Positions 17,379-28,906 of a stretch of 64,000 nucleotides of DNA are shown here, in pieces. Position numbers and translations under genes: made by a program. The stretch lies in NCBI GenBank assembly GCA_910586485.1, contig CAJUIA010000011.1:43276-107275 (forward strand). Direction: 5' to 3'. The stretch comes from an uncultured Acetatifactor sp. Its GTDB lineage: Bacteria > Bacillota > Clostridia > Lachnospirales > Lachnospiraceae. How positions within the stretch are numbered: position 1 is the first letter of the stretch; each line of letters opens with the position of its first letter. The notes under the pieces are model-generated. The model was not told the DNA's origin, did not search any database, and saw only the letters and a list, made by a program, of their open reading frames with translations.

Positions 17379-18290
17379 ATGCTGGTTGACAATACATTAA
17401 TTTATATTCCCAAATACAAAATAGAAATCGGCCGGCCCGAAAGCAGTCTGTACTACTTTTTTGACTATGACGAGCGCTCTTACTCCATCAATATGGAGTT
17501 TCAGCACTTCCACCAGTTTTATGAAATCTGTATCTTTCTGGAAGAAAGCGCCGGCCACCTGATCGACGGCGTCTGGTACGATATGCGCTGCTGTGACATC
17601 GTAGCCCTTCGTCCCTCATTGCTGCACAAGACGGTTTATCCGGAGGGGGCTCCAAACAAGCGTCTGATTATCCAGTTTTCCCTGCCGCCCATGGCCTCTG
17701 CCTTTGAGAGCAGCATGAAATCTCTCTATGGCATCTTTGAAGAGACTGTACCTATTTACCGTTTTGAAGGCCCCTATAAAAAAGCGGTGCTGGAAAAGCT
17801 GAACGATATTTATTATCTTTCTCAAAGCCCCGGCGAGCTGAGAGAGCTTTTCATACACAACAAGTTTATAGAATTTCTGGGCTTGATCTACTTATATAAG
17901 GAAAAAAACACATATTCCAATCATGCAGACTTTGATAATATCACAAACAAGGTCTATAACATTACTGCCTTTATTCACAGCCATTTTACGGAAAATATCT
18001 CGCTGGAGTCCATCTCAAGGGAATTTTTTATCAGCAGCTATTATCTGTCTCATCAGTTCAAGCGGATCACCGGCTTTACCCTGACAGATTATGTGCAGCT
18101 GACCCGTGTGCGGAATGCACAGACCCTGCTCCTGTCCACGGATCTTTCCATTGCAGAGATTGCGTTCCAGTGCGGGTTTTCCAGCTTTTCCCAATTTAAC
18201 AGGGCCTTTAATAAATTCATGCACCAGGCCCCTTCTTCTTTCCGCAAAAGCGCCAAAATAGCCGCCGCTCAATCTTCGGCTTCCTCATAG
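17379..18290 (+). CDS. AraC-family transcriptional regulator
   Basis: N-terminal cupin (HFHQFYEI) and C-terminal [31 protein letters not shown]. Confidence 0.93.
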   Translation: MLVDNTLIYIPKYKIEIGRPESSLYYFFDYDERSYSINMEFQHFHQFYEICIFLEESAGHLIDGVWYDMRCCDIVALRPSLLHKTVYPEGAPNKRLIIQFSLPPMASAFESSMKSLYGIFEETVPIYRFEGPYKKAVLEKLNDIYYLSQSPGELRELFIHNKFIEFLGLIYLYKEKNTYSNHADFDNITNKVYNITAFIHSHFTENISLESISREFFISSYYLSHQFKRITGFTLTDYVQLTRVRNAQTLLLSTDLSIAEIAFQCGFSSFSQFNRAFNKFMHQAPSSFRKSAKIAAAQSSASS

Positions 18291-18369
18291 CCGCTTACGA
18301 TTTGTGGGGATACCCGCAAATTGCCTTTGGGTCTTTTTCAAAAGAAAAACAAGAGGATGGGATGAAAAG

Positions 18370-18945
18370 ATGAGTTTATTGACACTGTTTATCACTGCTG
18401 TCGGGTTATCCATGGATGCCTTTGCCGTCTCTGTCTGCAAGGGTCTGTCCATGAAAAAGCTTTCCTGGAAAAAGGCCGTCATCATCGGCCTCTGGTTCGG
18501 CGGGTTTCAGGCGCTGATGCCCACTCTCGGCTACCTTCTGGGCACTCGCTTTAAAGGCTATGTCAACGCCATCGACCACTGGATTGCCTTTGTATTGCTG
18601 GCTCTCATCGGTGTCAGCATGGTCAGGGAAGCCCGCTCCCCCGAAAAGGACGAGACCAACGATTCCACCGATCTGAAAACCATGTTCCTGCTTGCCGTAG
18701 CCACCAGCATTGACGCTCTTGCCGTAGGTGTCACCTATGCCTTCCTGCAGGTCCGCATCCTTCCGGCTGTGTCCTTCATCGGCATAATCACTCTTATTCT
18801 GTCCATAGTCGGTGTAAAGATCGGAAATATGTTTGGTCTGAAATACAAAGCCAAAGCAGAAATTTTCGGCGGCATCATCCTCATCCTCATGGGCTTAAAG
18901 ATTCTGCTGGAGCACCTGGGCTTCCTGAACTGGCTGCCGTTTTAG
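18370..18945 (+). CDS. mntP: Manganese efflux pump MntP family
   Basis: [36 protein letters not shown]. Confidence 0.9.
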   Translation: MSLLTLFITAVGLSMDAFAVSVCKGLSMKKLSWKKAVIIGLWFGGFQALMPTLGYLLGTRFKGYVNAIDHWIAFVLLALIGVSMVREARSPEKDETNDSTDLKTMFLLAVATSIDALAVGVTYAFLQVRILPAVSFIGIITLILSIVGVKIGNMFGLKYKAKAEIFGGIILILMGLKILLEHLGFLNWLPF

Positions 18946-20090
18946 TCCTCTAACCGCCGCAGCTCCGTGTAAGCCAGCAAAAGCGGCCCTACGCCCTTAG
19001 CATCATTTTCCACCACCGGCTCCGACATATAATATTCAAAGCTGCCGTCCCTGCGAGGGTTGCTCTCCGGCCCAAGCCCTGCTACCAAGCAGATGCCTCC
19101 CAGCTGCAGGCTGCCGTCCTTTTCCTTCAGATACCGATCACAAATGCCGTTAAAGGCCTTGATGCCCGGTTTTCTGTACTGCTCCGGTAAAAATCCCAGC
19201 CTTACTCCCTTTAAGAGGGAATAGGCCATGATTGCGCTGCCGCTGGTCTCCAGATAATTGGGTGTCCTGCCGGCAAGAGCCGGAAGCTGATACCACATAC
19301 CGCTCTCGTCCTGAAACCTCAGCATATCATCCATCAGTTGTACAAAAACCTTCTTCAGGTTTTCATATTCCGCCCTGTACTCTTCTCCCGGCTCACACTT
19401 TGAAAGGGTGTCCAGCAGTGCCATAGAATACCAGCCTATGGCCCGCAGCCAGAAATTTTCAGACAGTCCCGTCTCCTGGTTACACCAGAACGCCTTTTTG
19501 GAGGCGTCATATCCGTGATAATAAAGACCGGTTTTTTCGTCCCGCATATGCTTTACAACATTGGCAAACTGCGCGAATATATCCCCATAATTTTCCTTAT
19601 GATTAAATTTTGTCTCATACTCCATGTAAAAGGGCTGCCCCATATACATGCCGTCCAGCCACACCTGATTCGGATATATCTTTTTATGCCAGAAATTTCC
19701 TTCCATTGTTCTTGGCTGATTTTTTACCTGGCCATAAATCAGTTCAATGGCCCTGCGGTACTTTTCCTTCCCGTTCATGCCATACAATGCAAACAGCGTC
19801 TTTCCTGCATTTACATTATCAATATTATATTCTTCCGGATCATATCCCTTAATCGCACCGCTCTCTCCTACACGATGATCAATAAAAGCATCCGCAAACT
19901 CATAATATTTCTTTTCTCCTGTGGCCTGATAGGTTTCCAGCAGGGCAAGAATCATACAGCCGTCAATATAATTCCAGCCTACTGCTTTTCCTTCCATGGC
20001 CTTCTCAATATTCCACACCGGAATATCCAGGGTGCTTTTCTCGATTAATTCATTGATATATCTCTCAAAAACAGGCATCTGCATAGGCAT
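18942..20090 (-). CDS. GH105 unsaturated rhamnogalacturonyl hydrolase (YteR-like)
   Basis: [44 protein letters not shown]. Confidence 0.92.
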   Translation of the reverse strand: MPMQMPVFERYINELIEKSTLDIPVWNIEKAMEGKAVGWNYIDGCMILALLETYQATGEKKYYEFADAFIDHRVGESGAIKGYDPEEYNIDNVNAGKTLFALYGMNGKEKYRRAIELIYGQVKNQPRTMEGNFWHKKIYPNQVWLDGMYMGQPFYMEYETKFNHKENYGDIFAQFANVVKHMRDEKTGLYYHGYDASKKAFWCNQETGLSENFWLRAIGWYSMALLDTLSKCEPGEEYRAEYENLKKVFVQLMDDMLRFQDESGMWYQLPALAGRTPNYLETSGSAIMAYSLLKGVRLGFLPEQYRKPGIKAFNGICDRYLKEKDGSLQLGGICLVAGLGPESNPRRDGSFEYYMSEPVVENDAKGVGPLLLAYTELRRLED

Positions 20091-20193
20091 TTATTCCTCC
20101 GTAGCATCTATACTGACAAAAATTTACCTTTTGGGGCATAAAATCATTTTACCCTGTTTCCGCCCTCCCGTCAACTGTCCTTCGCCCTTTCTG

Positions 20194-21765
20194 TTATACC
20201 GTCTCCATTTTATAAAAGTTCAGCGCCGCAATCACCATAAAAACCAAAGTAAACAGAATCAAAAATACATCCATCAGGCAATAAGCCATCACAACACCGC
20301 CTGCCATGGCTCCCAGAACGCCTCCCATCACCGCTGCCATGATCACAAAGCACTGGATGAACAGCTGAAACAGCTGCTTTCCCACTCTTCCCAATGTCCC
20401 GCCCACGGCAATCTCCGCCACCGCCATGGCGTACAGCTTGTTGCAGGAAAGCACTGCACAGCCCACCACACACAATACGGCTGCAAGCGGCTGCATTCCC
20501 ATGACGATGGCCCCCGGCACCGTAATCAGCAGCCCGTTGATCAGGCACTGGATCAGCTGGATCGCCGTGGCGTTCATCAGCTTTGCAAAAGGCGAATCAG
20601 GAATCAGATAGGTATACGGCGACTTCAGCTCCTTAGCCCATTTTCCGTTCAGCGTCGTAAAAATAAAAGTGAAATAAGCTGAAACCAGAGGTATGACAAA
20701 AGGCTCTGCATCGCCAAAGCCGCCTTCTCTGATATACAGCCAGGGAATCACGATCCCTGCCCCCAGTGAAAACAGCGTGGATACGTCAAAGATGAAAAAC
20801 TTACTCTTTTTATACTCCAGGAGCTGCCGATAAAATATGGCCTTTGCCCCCGTTCCTTTCCAGCGGATGCTGGCCCGGCCAAACTTTTTCTTTTTACCGA
20901 TCCGCATCCGGGTGCCGCCCTGCCTCTGGTTTTCCAGCACCTCTTCATAGTCCTCCGCAAACTTGGCAGCATCCTCGTAAAAGGCGCCGGTACATTTCAT
21001 ACACATTGCTGCCGCCAGCACTGCTGCCATCAGGCAGAAATAAAGAACGGTTCCCAAAATATTGATAACGGTTGCCCCGCCAAAGAGCAGATGGATCACG
21101 GAAATATACCAGCCCACAATCGGTATCAGCTTCACGGCATCACTGTTTAAAAAGGCCCATACGGCAGCCCCGCTCAGCCCCATATCCAGATAATAGTATA
21201 CACCGATTGCCACCGCAATGGCGATCAGGCCGTAAGCTGCCTTCACAATCCAGCCCCGCTGCTTTTCTCCCAAACGCTCCGAGCCGTAAAGCAGAAGCAT
21301 CAGACAGCCCTCCGTCACATTTTCCACCACCAGGGAAAAGACAACATACAGTCCCAGCTTCCAGGCCGGCACATGGAACATAATCACGCCGCAGGCCACG
21401 GCAAAAAGATTCAGGATCACCTGCATAAATAAGGTCTTGATATGAGCGTAAAGCAGCACTCTCTTAGGGCTGACCGGCGCCGGAAACAGAAAATGCACGT
21501 CGCTGTTCCTGTATACCAGCCCCTTGCGCTTTGCATAGGCAACCAGATTGGCAGGAACGATCCAAAAGGCCAGCGCTGTCAGCACTGCCGCCATCCCGTC
21601 AGGGGAATTGATTCCGAACTGTTCTGCAATCATACGAAAAGAAAAAGGTACGGCAGACAAATAAAACAAAATAAACACAATATAAACATATGTCACCGGC
21701 TTGCGAAGAGCCTTTTTGGCCCAATTTGTCCAAAGCCGGCGATAAAGATACCCGATTGCTCCCAT
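20194..21765 (-). CDS. Putative ABC exporter membrane subunit
   Basis: Multi-TM, SDVHFLFPAP motif, adjacent to ABC ATPase. Confidence 0.8.
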   Translation of the reverse strand: MGAIGYLYRRLWTNWAKKALRKPVTYVYIVFILFYLSAVPFSFRMIAEQFGINSPDGMAAVLTALAFWIVPANLVAYAKRKGLVYRNSDVHFLFPAPVSPKRVLLYAHIKTLFMQVILNLFAVACGVIMFHVPAWKLGLYVVFSLVVENVTEGCLMLLLYGSERLGEKQRGWIVKAAYGLIAIAVAIGVYYYLDMGLSGAAVWAFLNSDAVKLIPIVGWYISVIHLLFGGATVINILGTVLYFCLMAAVLAAAMCMKCTGAFYEDAAKFAEDYEEVLENQRQGGTRMRIGKKKKFGRASIRWKGTGAKAIFYRQLLEYKKSKFFIFDVSTLFSLGAGIVIPWLYIREGGFGDAEPFVIPLVSAYFTFIFTTLNGKWAKELKSPYTYLIPDSPFAKLMNATAIQLIQCLINGLLITVPGAIVMGMQPLAAVLCVVGCAVLSCNKLYAMAVAEIAVGGTLGRVGKQLFQLFIQCFVIMAAVMGGVLGAMAGGVVMAYCLMDVFLILFTLVFMVIAALNFYKMETV

Positions 21766-21768
21766 AAT

Positions 21769-22506
21769 TTACCTGCCTTCCTTCGCGCCGTCCCCGGCTT
21801 CCGTATTTTTCTTCTCTCCCTGGCCCGTGACTGCAAAGAACAGTTCCTCCAGGTCCTCGTTGGCAAGCTCTTCCTTAACATAGGTCCCCAGAATATGCCC
21901 CTTATCCATGACAAAGGTCACATCCCAAAGCTCCTTTACCATCTCCAGCATATGCGTACTGATCAGGACGGTACAGCCCTGCTCCTTCAGCTCAAGGATA
22001 ACCTCCTTCAGCTCCTTAATGGCTGCCGGGTCAAGACCTACCATAGGCTCATCCAGCAATATTACCTTGGGGCGGATAATCAGTGCGCAGCAAATGCTGA
22101 CCTTCTGCATCATGCCCTTGGAAAGCTCGTTTCCCAGCTTATCCTGCTTATCCTTCAGCTCAAATTTCTCCAGCAGCGTATCAATCTCCGTTTCCGTCGC
22201 TTCCACGCCGTAGGCCCTGTTAATAAACTCCATGTGCTCCCGCACGGTCAGCGCTTCATACATGCTGGGAAGCTCCGGCACATAGGCAAAGCATTTCTTG
22301 GCCTCCGTTTCTCTGGAATCAATCCCCTGGATGCGGATGCTCCCCTTGTAGCGCAAAAGTCCTGCAATACTCTTTATGACAGTTGACTTTCCTGCGCCGT
22401 TGGGCCCCAGCAGGATGCCTATGCGCCCGTCCGGCACCGTAAATCCCACGTCATCCACTGCCAGCATCTTTCCGTACTTCTTTGACAAATTTACAACCTC
22501 TAACAT
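21769..22506 (-). CDS. ABC transporter ATP-binding protein
   Basis: GPNGAGKS, LSKGM, LLDEP, STH; GGAG RBS before ATG 22506. Confidence 0.93.
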   Translation of the reverse strand: MLEVVNLSKKYGKMLAVDDVGFTVPDGRIGILLGPNGAGKSTVIKSIAGLLRYKGSIRIQGIDSRETEAKKCFAYVPELPSMYEALTVREHMEFINRAYGVEATETEIDTLLEKFELKDKQDKLGNELSKGMMQKVSICCALIIRPKVILLDEPMVGLDPAAIKELKEVILELKEQGCTVLISTHMLEMVKELWDVTFVMDKGHILGTYVKEELANEDLEELFFAVTGQGEKKNTEAGDGAKEGR

Positions 22507-22702
22507 ATTTTTCTCCATTTCTGCGCTGCTTTTTGCGCATGACGAGTTTGTGGCAAGCAACGCGCAGACACAAATCTCGCGATTGAAAATTTCAATTTTC
22601 AATCTTACCCCTCTCCTTATCTATGTACATTTTCAAACATTAGCGAAACCTTCATTCTGTAACCGGACTTCCCTGTATATTTTCACCGGTACTCACAGTT
22701 TT

Positions 22703-23761
22703 TTAAACCACCGATATTCCTCCCAAGCCCATGGCCAGACAGATCAGCCATAGAATCAACAGGTGTGCCGGATAAAATATATAAAAGAAATATTTCATCT
22801 TCAAGCCCCGCTGCCCGTTATACCGGGATATGGGAATCAGAGTAAAGAACGCCGTGACCTCATCCAGGCTCATGATCGTCAGCGTGATGCAGCCGCCCAG
22901 CATGGACCGCACCTTGTTTTTCCGCAGGGCATACATCACCGCAATGGTCAGCACCCCCATCCCGCCGTAATCCGTCCGCAGCAGGGCTGCCCCTGTCATG
23001 GCCGCCGCCAGTGCCGCCATGCTGCCGCACATCCGCCATGCCTGATCCGGTCCCTTCTTACGCCGGTATACGATCCATACCGCCAGCATCACCCCTACGA
23101 GAACCATCCAGATGATTACAAGTATCGGCCCTCTCATTTCATACACATGCGCGTTTCCGCTGAAAAACAGAGCCCTGATCATTCTTGTCACCTTGTCGCG
23201 TATTCGCAGCGCCACACACAGGGGCAGAGTAAAAACGCCGCCTGCGGTAAACAGGGCCTGAAGCCATTTCCCCTGAATATTTAGCTTTGCAATGGCATCA
23301 AATGCACACAGAGCCAAGATACCAATGAATAAGGTAAAATATACGTTCTGATACCCAGAAGCCCATACACGTCCGGTATTCGCCAGATTAAAGGGAATCT
23401 CTGAAATCAGTGCAAACAGCCCCAGCCGGAAAACATATTTTTTAATATTTGAGGTTTTCTCAAAGCCCTCCACCAGCAGGAAGCAAAAGATCGGAAAACC
23501 CAGCCGTCCGATCAACCGCATCAGCATCATTCCGAAATACAGCAGCCAATTATCCTTAAGCCAGGCAAAAAGCCTGTTCACATCCACTGCCGAATAAAAA
23601 TACCCCCTCTCTATGATCATCCGGGTCAATACAAATGCTCCGATATGGTCAATCAGCATAGCTGCTACCGCAATGATCTTGATGGTACTGCCAGGGATTC
23701 CCTTCCCTTTTTGCCCCTGCAGCGGCTGCTGCGCCGTCCCTCCTGCCTGTATACCTTCCAT
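22703..23761 (-). CDS. TraX-family membrane protein (putative acyltransferase)
   Basis: K.IA...MLIDH, IGR..FPIF.F.LVEGF, FALISEIPF, QNV.FTL, DYG, YNG.RG..KYFFY.FYPAH. Confidence 0.85.
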   Translation of the reverse strand: MEGIQAGGTAQQPLQGQKGKGIPGSTIKIIAVAAMLIDHIGAFVLTRMIIERGYFYSAVDVNRLFAWLKDNWLLYFGMMLMRLIGRLGFPIFCFLLVEGFEKTSNIKKYVFRLGLFALISEIPFNLANTGRVWASGYQNVYFTLFIGILALCAFDAIAKLNIQGKWLQALFTAGGVFTLPLCVALRIRDKVTRMIRALFFSGNAHVYEMRGPILVIIWMVLVGVMLAVWIVYRRKKGPDQAWRMCGSMAALAAAMTGAALLRTDYGGMGVLTIAVMYALRKNKVRSMLGGCITLTIMSLDEVTAFFTLIPISRYNGQRGLKMKYFFYIFYPAHLLILWLICLAMGLGGISVV

Positions 23762-24056
23762 TGATTTCCGCCTTTCCCATGGGCATCTGCCGCATGATAT
23801 TCCGTTCCACTGCATATTATGTATTGTTCAATTAATACAATAATCCATATCCTTTCGTTCGTCAATCTATTTATGTGCACTTTAAGGATTTTTATTGTGC
23901 AGGGCGGCCCTGTGCGCAGAGCAGCCCTGTGCGCAGAGCGCGCCCATGGCGCGCACAAAAAAACACCCAGGCGATCCCCCTCGTCCGGGCATTTTCCATG
24001 TGGAGCTTTTCTTATTGCTAATGTTTTGCTGGTGTGACATTTTCTAATTGGGTGCA

Positions 24057-24752
24057 CTAGCCTACCTTATAGCCGGTTCCCCATACTACCTTCAGATACC
24101 TGGGTTCTCTGGGATTTGCTTCAATCTTTTCACGGATATGACGAATGTGTACTGCAATGGTGTTTTCCGCTCCTATGGCCTGCATGTTCCAGATACTCTC
24201 ATAAATCTGACTGTTGGATAAAACCCGCCCCCGCTGCTGCACCAGCAACTTTAAAATCTTGTACTCAATAGGCGTCAGCCTCACGCTCCTGCCCTCCACG
24301 GTAACCTTGCGCTGTATATCATCAATCACAAGGCCGTCCACCTTATAAATGCGGTCAATATTAACGCACATATTAACCAGCTGAATATACCTGCGGATCT
24401 GAGACTTCACTCTGGCCAGAAGCTCCAGAGGATTACAGTCAGCCGCCACATAATCGTCCGCTCCTGCCTCCAGCGCCATGATTTTAGCCGTCTCCAGGGA
24501 CTGCTTTGACACCACGATCAGGGGAATGCTGCTGGCCTTTCTTAAATTTGCAATCATCTCGATTCCCTTGTCCCAGCCCTTGCCGCCCAGCTCTACATCC
24601 ACAAGCATCAGCAGAACTTCTTTATCCTTTAAAAGTGCACCCAATTCCTCTGTATCCGATGCAGCTGCAGTCTGCAGCCCTTCGCCAGCAAACAACGGCT
24701 CCATTTTTTCTGCAAGTCCCGTCTGATTGTTGTACACTAATACTTTTTTCAT
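24057..24752 (-). CDS. OmpR-family response regulator with atypical receiver domain (orphan)
   Basis: Winged helix LTPIEY..L..NTIAVHIRHIREKIE..YLKVVWGTGYK; receiver lacks the acidic pocket and the conserved Lys. Confidence 0.88.
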   Translation of the reverse strand: MKKVLVYNNQTGLAEKMEPLFAGEGLQTAAASDTEELGALLKDKEVLLMLVDVELGGKGWDKGIEMIANLRKASSIPLIVVSKQSLETAKIMALEAGADDYVAADCNPLELLARVKSQIRRYIQLVNMCVNIDRIYKVDGLVIDDIQRKVTVEGRSVRLTPIEYKILKLLVQQRGRVLSNSQIYESIWNMQAIGAENTIAVHIRHIREKIEANPREPRYLKVVWGTGYKVG

Positions 24753-24954
24753 AGTCTTCCTCCTTACGTCACTCATAATATATGTCAAATTTGATCCGCT
24801 AATATTCCTGAACAAGAAAATAATTTTATAAATTGCGGCGTTTCCGCCTTAAACAAGAGCAGTTTATCATCCCTTTGTATCAAAGTTGCAACAAAATAGA
24901 GAGTGCTCACACACTCTCTACATTTCTATCAGACGACTTTTGTTATAAAAAGTT

Positions 24955-26214
24955 TCAAGATTTTTCTTTTTTCTTTTTCCTGCTTTTCTGTTCCCGCTTT
25001 GCCTGCCTTTCCAGCTTTTCCGCCTCTCGCTGTTTTGCCAGCGCCTGAGCGGCTTCCTCGTTCCGCAGGTTCATCTCTTCCACCTCAAACATGTCTTCCC
25101 TGCCCAGGCGTCGGAAACGATTGACGCCGGCCACCAGAATCTTAATGCTGCTTTCCGTAGTTTTAAATGCTCCCTCCTGATACATGGAATAGACTAAAAG
25201 GCCGACAGGAACTGCAATAATCATACCGATCACGCCGCCCACCTTATATCCGATAAATAAAAGGAACAGTGTGGGCAGCGGCGGTACGCCCATGGAATCT
25301 CCCACAATCTTAGGCTGGATCAGCTGTCTCGCCAGCTGGCCGCCGCCCCAGATAATTAAAAGCCACACCGCCATTTTATAATCTGCCGTCAATATCTGTA
25401 CAATCGCCCAGGGAATCAGCACTGTCCCCGTTCCCAAAAAGGGCAGCAGATCCAAAAAAGCGATCCCCAAAGCAATCAGCGCAAAGTAATTGACCCGGAG
25501 CGCCCCCAGACCTACAAGCAGCAGCAGATACATCCAAATCTCGATTTTAAACTGTGCTTTAAAATACCCGCCTACGGAATGAACCAAGCTCTGCCTTATT
25601 GTACGATAACGCATCTGCAGAGAAGCCGGCGCATGATTCCGAAACCATTCGTTAATCTGCTCCCGCTCCGCCACAAAGAAATAAGCGGACAAAAGCGCCA
25701 TAATCATACCGATAAAAAAGGAAGGAAGCTGCTTGGCAAAATTACCTGCAGCGGCTATGGTGGGCGTACTGATTTTCCCGAAGAAATCACCCAGCACCAG
25801 CTCAATCTGTGCCACCAGATCATCCAGCTTCAGCCGGGAATCTCCCGGCAGCTTTTCCAGCAGGGTGCTTAATGCCTTGCCGATATTTTCCAGATCCTTC
25901 TCCATGCTGGCCCACATATCCGGCAGCGCCTGAATCAATCCGATAACCTGATTTACCAGCCAGGAAATGACAAGATAGATCAACAGTACCACAAGCCCGA
26001 TGATTACAATAATCACAAAGGCGCTGCCCGCCTTTCGCTTGATCTTGACCTTTTCCTCAAAAAAGCGCACAAGAGGACTGGCAATCAGCGCTATGATCCA
26101 GCCGATCACAAAAGGTAAAAAAAAGATCAGCGCCTTAGGAAGAAGTAGAATAACTGCAAAAAACAATGCCACCGCCACTGCGATGTTTACCAATGCCTTA
26201 CTGTACTTCCTCAT
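24955..26214 (-). CDS. ytvI: Sporulation integral membrane protein YtvI (AI-2E family)
   Basis: LPF.IG..IA...PLVRF, D.LP.LG.G.VLIPW, RQ.IQPKIVG. Confidence 0.82.
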   Translation of the reverse strand: MRKYSKALVNIAVAVALFFAVILLLPKALIFFLPFVIGWIIALIASPLVRFFEEKVKIKRKAGSAFVIIVIIGLVVLLIYLVISWLVNQVIGLIQALPDMWASMEKDLENIGKALSTLLEKLPGDSRLKLDDLVAQIELVLGDFFGKISTPTIAAAGNFAKQLPSFFIGMIMALLSAYFFVAEREQINEWFRNHAPASLQMRYRTIRQSLVHSVGGYFKAQFKIEIWMYLLLLVGLGALRVNYFALIALGIAFLDLLPFLGTGTVLIPWAIVQILTADYKMAVWLLIIWGGGQLARQLIQPKIVGDSMGVPPLPTLFLLFIGYKVGGVIGMIIAVPVGLLVYSMYQEGAFKTTESSIKILVAGVNRFRRLGREDMFEVEEMNLRNEEAAQALAKQREAEKLERQAKREQKSRKKKKEKS

Positions 26215-26245
26215 AATTCCTCCCGTTCTGCCATACAGATGGCTT

Positions 26246-26860
26246 CTAGGCAAGCGGCTTTTCATCGGCAGAAGCCTGCCCGGTGATGCCGTCCAGGATC
26301 TCATAGATCTCATCCCGGCCCTGCCTTGTCTGGGCGGAAAAGGGAATCAGTTCGGCTCTTCCCTCTGCCCCCAGCGTATGTAAAATCAGCTGCCGCTGTT
26401 TTGGCAGCTGACTTTTTTTAATTTTATCCAGCTTGGTCGCAATGATCACAGGCCGATAACCGTTTGCACAGATCCATTCATACATAACACGGTCATTCTC
26501 CGAAGGCGCATGGCGTATATCCACCAGCAGAAAAACAACCTTAAGCTGCTTTGACCTTTTCAGGTAACGCTCCACCATCCTGCCCCATTGCTCTTTAACG
26601 CTCGTACTCACACGTGCAAAGCCGTATCCCGGCAGATCCACAAGATACAGAGCGTCATTTACATTATAATAATTGATCGTCTGGGTCTTTCCCGGCTGCG
26701 CGCTTGTTCTCGCCAGGGATTTGCGGTTCATCAGCACATTAATCAGCGATGACTTCCCCACATTGCTCTTCCCCGCAAAGGCTGCTTCGGGATGAATATT
26801 GTCCGGCAGTTTACTCGTTATGCCGCATACGGTCTCCAGACTTACCTTTTTGATAACCAT
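26246..26860 (-). CDS. engB: Ribosome biogenesis GTPase YsxC/EngB
   Basis: GKSNVGKSS, PGKTQ, DLPGYG, TKLDK. Confidence 0.95.
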   Translation of the reverse strand: MVIKKVSLETVCGITSKLPDNIHPEAAFAGKSNVGKSSLINVLMNRKSLARTSAQPGKTQTINYYNVNDALYLVDLPGYGFARVSTSVKEQWGRMVERYLKRSKQLKVVFLLVDIRHAPSENDRVMYEWICANGYRPVIIATKLDKIKKSQLPKQRQLILHTLGAEGRAELIPFSAQTRQGRDEIYEILDGITGQASADEKPLA

Positions 26861-26894
26861 AACGGTATCCTTTCACACGGTTGACTGCTCCGGA

Positions 26895-28169
26895 TCAGAT
26901 AGCTGTCTCCAGCCTTTTCCGATCCTCTCCCCGGTGGATCACCACCGGCTCGCTCTCGCTTTCCACCACAGGCTTTGTGATGATACATTCTTCGATGGAA
27001 GTATCGGAGGGAATGGTATACATGGTATCCATCAGCACATCTTCCATAATGGAACGGAGGCCCCTGGCTCCTGTCTTTCGCTCGAAGGCCTTCTCCGCGA
27101 TGGCCGTAACCGCCTCGTCGTCAAAGGTAAGCTCCACGTCATCCATATCAAACAGCTTCTTATACTGCTTAATCAGCGCATTCTTAGGCTCCTTCAAAAT
27201 ACGGATGAGCGCTTCCTTATCCAATCCTCTTAAAGCCACACAGATCGGTACACGGCCCACAAATTCGGGAATCAGACCAAATTTTACCAGATCCTGGGGC
27301 GTTACCTCCTGCAGCAGGTCTCCCAGCTCCTTCGTGGTCTTCTGAGACATTTCCGTGTTAAATCCAATGGCCTTGCGGTCCAGCCTGGCCTCCACGATCT
27401 TCTCCAGTCCGTCAAAGGCTCCCCCGCAGATAAACAAAATATTTGAGGTATCAATGGAAATCAGCTCCTGATGAGGATGCTTCCTGCCGCCCTGCGGCGG
27501 AACATTGGCCACGGTTCCTTCTACAATCTTTAACAGCGCCTGCTGAACACCCTCGCCGGACACGTCTCTGGTAATGGACACGTTCTCGCCCTTCTTGGTG
27601 ATCTTGTCTATTTCATCAATATAGATGATGCCGTACTGTGCCCGCTCCACATCATAATCTGCCGCCTGTATCAGCTTTAACAGGATATTTTCCACATCCT
27701 CGCCCACATACCCCGCTTCTGTCAGCGTGGTTGCGTCGGCAATGGCAAAGGGCACATTGATGATCTTCGCCAGCGTCTGAGCCAGATAGGTCTTGCCTGA
27801 GCCCGTAGGACCCACCATAATAATATTACTTTTCTGAAGCTCAATATCGTCCAGATCCTTGGGCGCCGTCACCCGCTTGTAATGGTTATAAACTGCCACC
27901 GACAATACCTTTTTTGCCTCTTCCTGGCCCACCACATACTCATCCAGAAAGTTTTTGATCTGAATGGGCTTCAGTAAATTGATCTCCGGATGAGCAGTCT
28001 CCTGGATTTCATCGTCTTCCAGCTCTTCTTCAAGAATATCCGCACAGATGTCAATACACTCATCACAGATATACACCCCTGCCGGACCCGCAATCAGCTT
28101 GCGGACCTGCCCCTGGGTCTTGTTGCAGAAAGAACACCTAATATCGTTTCCGGTCATTTTGGATGCCAT
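26895..28169 (-). CDS. clpX: ATP-dependent Clp protease ATP-binding subunit
   Basis: CSFC..CDEC zinc domain, [32 protein letters not shown] loop. Confidence 0.97.
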   Translation of the reverse strand: MASKMTGNDIRCSFCNKTQGQVRKLIAGPAGVYICDECIDICADILEEELEDDEIQETAHPEINLLKPIQIKNFLDEYVVGQEEAKKVLSVAVYNHYKRVTAPKDLDDIELQKSNIIMVGPTGSGKTYLAQTLAKIINVPFAIADATTLTEAGYVGEDVENILLKLIQAADYDVERAQYGIIYIDEIDKITKKGENVSITRDVSGEGVQQALLKIVEGTVANVPPQGGRKHPHQELISIDTSNILFICGGAFDGLEKIVEARLDRKAIGFNTEMSQKTTKELGDLLQEVTPQDLVKFGLIPEFVGRVPICVALRGLDKEALIRILKEPKNALIKQYKKLFDMDDVELTFDDEAVTAIAEKAFERKTGARGLRSIMEDVLMDTMYTIPSDTSIEECIITKPVVESESEPVVIHRGEDRKRLETAI

Positions 28170-28188
28170 TTTCTTACTCCTAAAAAAT

Positions 28189-28779
28189 TTATTTTGTGTC
28201 ATGGGAAGAAATTACCATGTCAATCAATCCGTAATCCTTTGCTTCCTCGGCGCTCATCCAGTTATCCCGCTCCGTATCGGCACAGATAGTTTCATAATCC
28301 CTGCCGGTCTTCTCCGCCAGGATGTGATTCAGCTTTTCTCTGGTTTTCAGGATGTGCTTTGCCGCAATGTCGATTTCCGTAGCCTGCCCCTGCGTACCGC
28401 CTGCGGGCTGATGAATCATAATTTCTGCATTGGGCAGGGCAAAACGCTTACCCTTTGCGCCTCCTGCCAGCAGGAAGGACCCCATGCTGGCCGCCATACC
28501 GATGCAGACGGTGGAAACGTCGCACTTTATATAATTCATGGTGTCATAAATTGCCATGCCTGCGGTAATAACGCCTCCGGGGCTGTTGATATAAAGGTGA
28601 ATGTCCTTCTCCGGATCCTCCGCCTCCAAAAACAGCAGCTGAGCTACCACAATGCTTGCAGAAGTATCATTTACTTCCTCGCCCAAAAATATGATTCTGT
28701 CCTTTAAAAGTCTGGAATAAATATCATAAGATCTTTCGCCCTTGCTTGTCTGCTCAACCACATAAGGTATTAAACTCAT
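28189..28779 (-). CDS. clpP: Clp protease proteolytic subunit
   Basis: [33 protein letters not shown]. Confidence 0.97.
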   Translation of the reverse strand: MSLIPYVVEQTSKGERSYDIYSRLLKDRIIFLGEEVNDTSASIVVAQLLFLEAEDPEKDIHLYINSPGGVITAGMAIYDTMNYIKCDVSTVCIGMAASMGSFLLAGGAKGKRFALPNAEIMIHQPAGGTQGQATEIDIAAKHILKTREKLNHILAEKTGRDYETICADTERDNWMSAEEAKDYGLIDMVISSHDTK

Positions 28780-28906
28780 ATTCAAATCCTCCGTCTTTGC
28801 AATTATTGATATTACGGTAAATTTACCAAAATAACCCGTAAATAAAAATATTATATCTTACCTTTGCTCTTTTTTCAATGTGTATACAGGAATTAAGAAA
28901 ATATTA

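Noticed and set aside
18291..18369. Possible yybP-ykoY Mn riboswitch upstream of mntP
   Set aside because: Only 79 bp of intergenic space, and I could not identify the conserved motif.
21442..22386. 314-aa plus-strand ORF; likewise 29546-30241, 35560-36390 and 54434-55168
   Set aside because: All are antisense to well-supported genes (ABC, tig, fsa, GGDEF) and are explained by codon bias.
22703..23761. TraX-family gene as evidence of a conjugative element
   Set aside because: No other transfer genes nearby; stand-alone TraX-like genes are common in Firmicute chromosomes.
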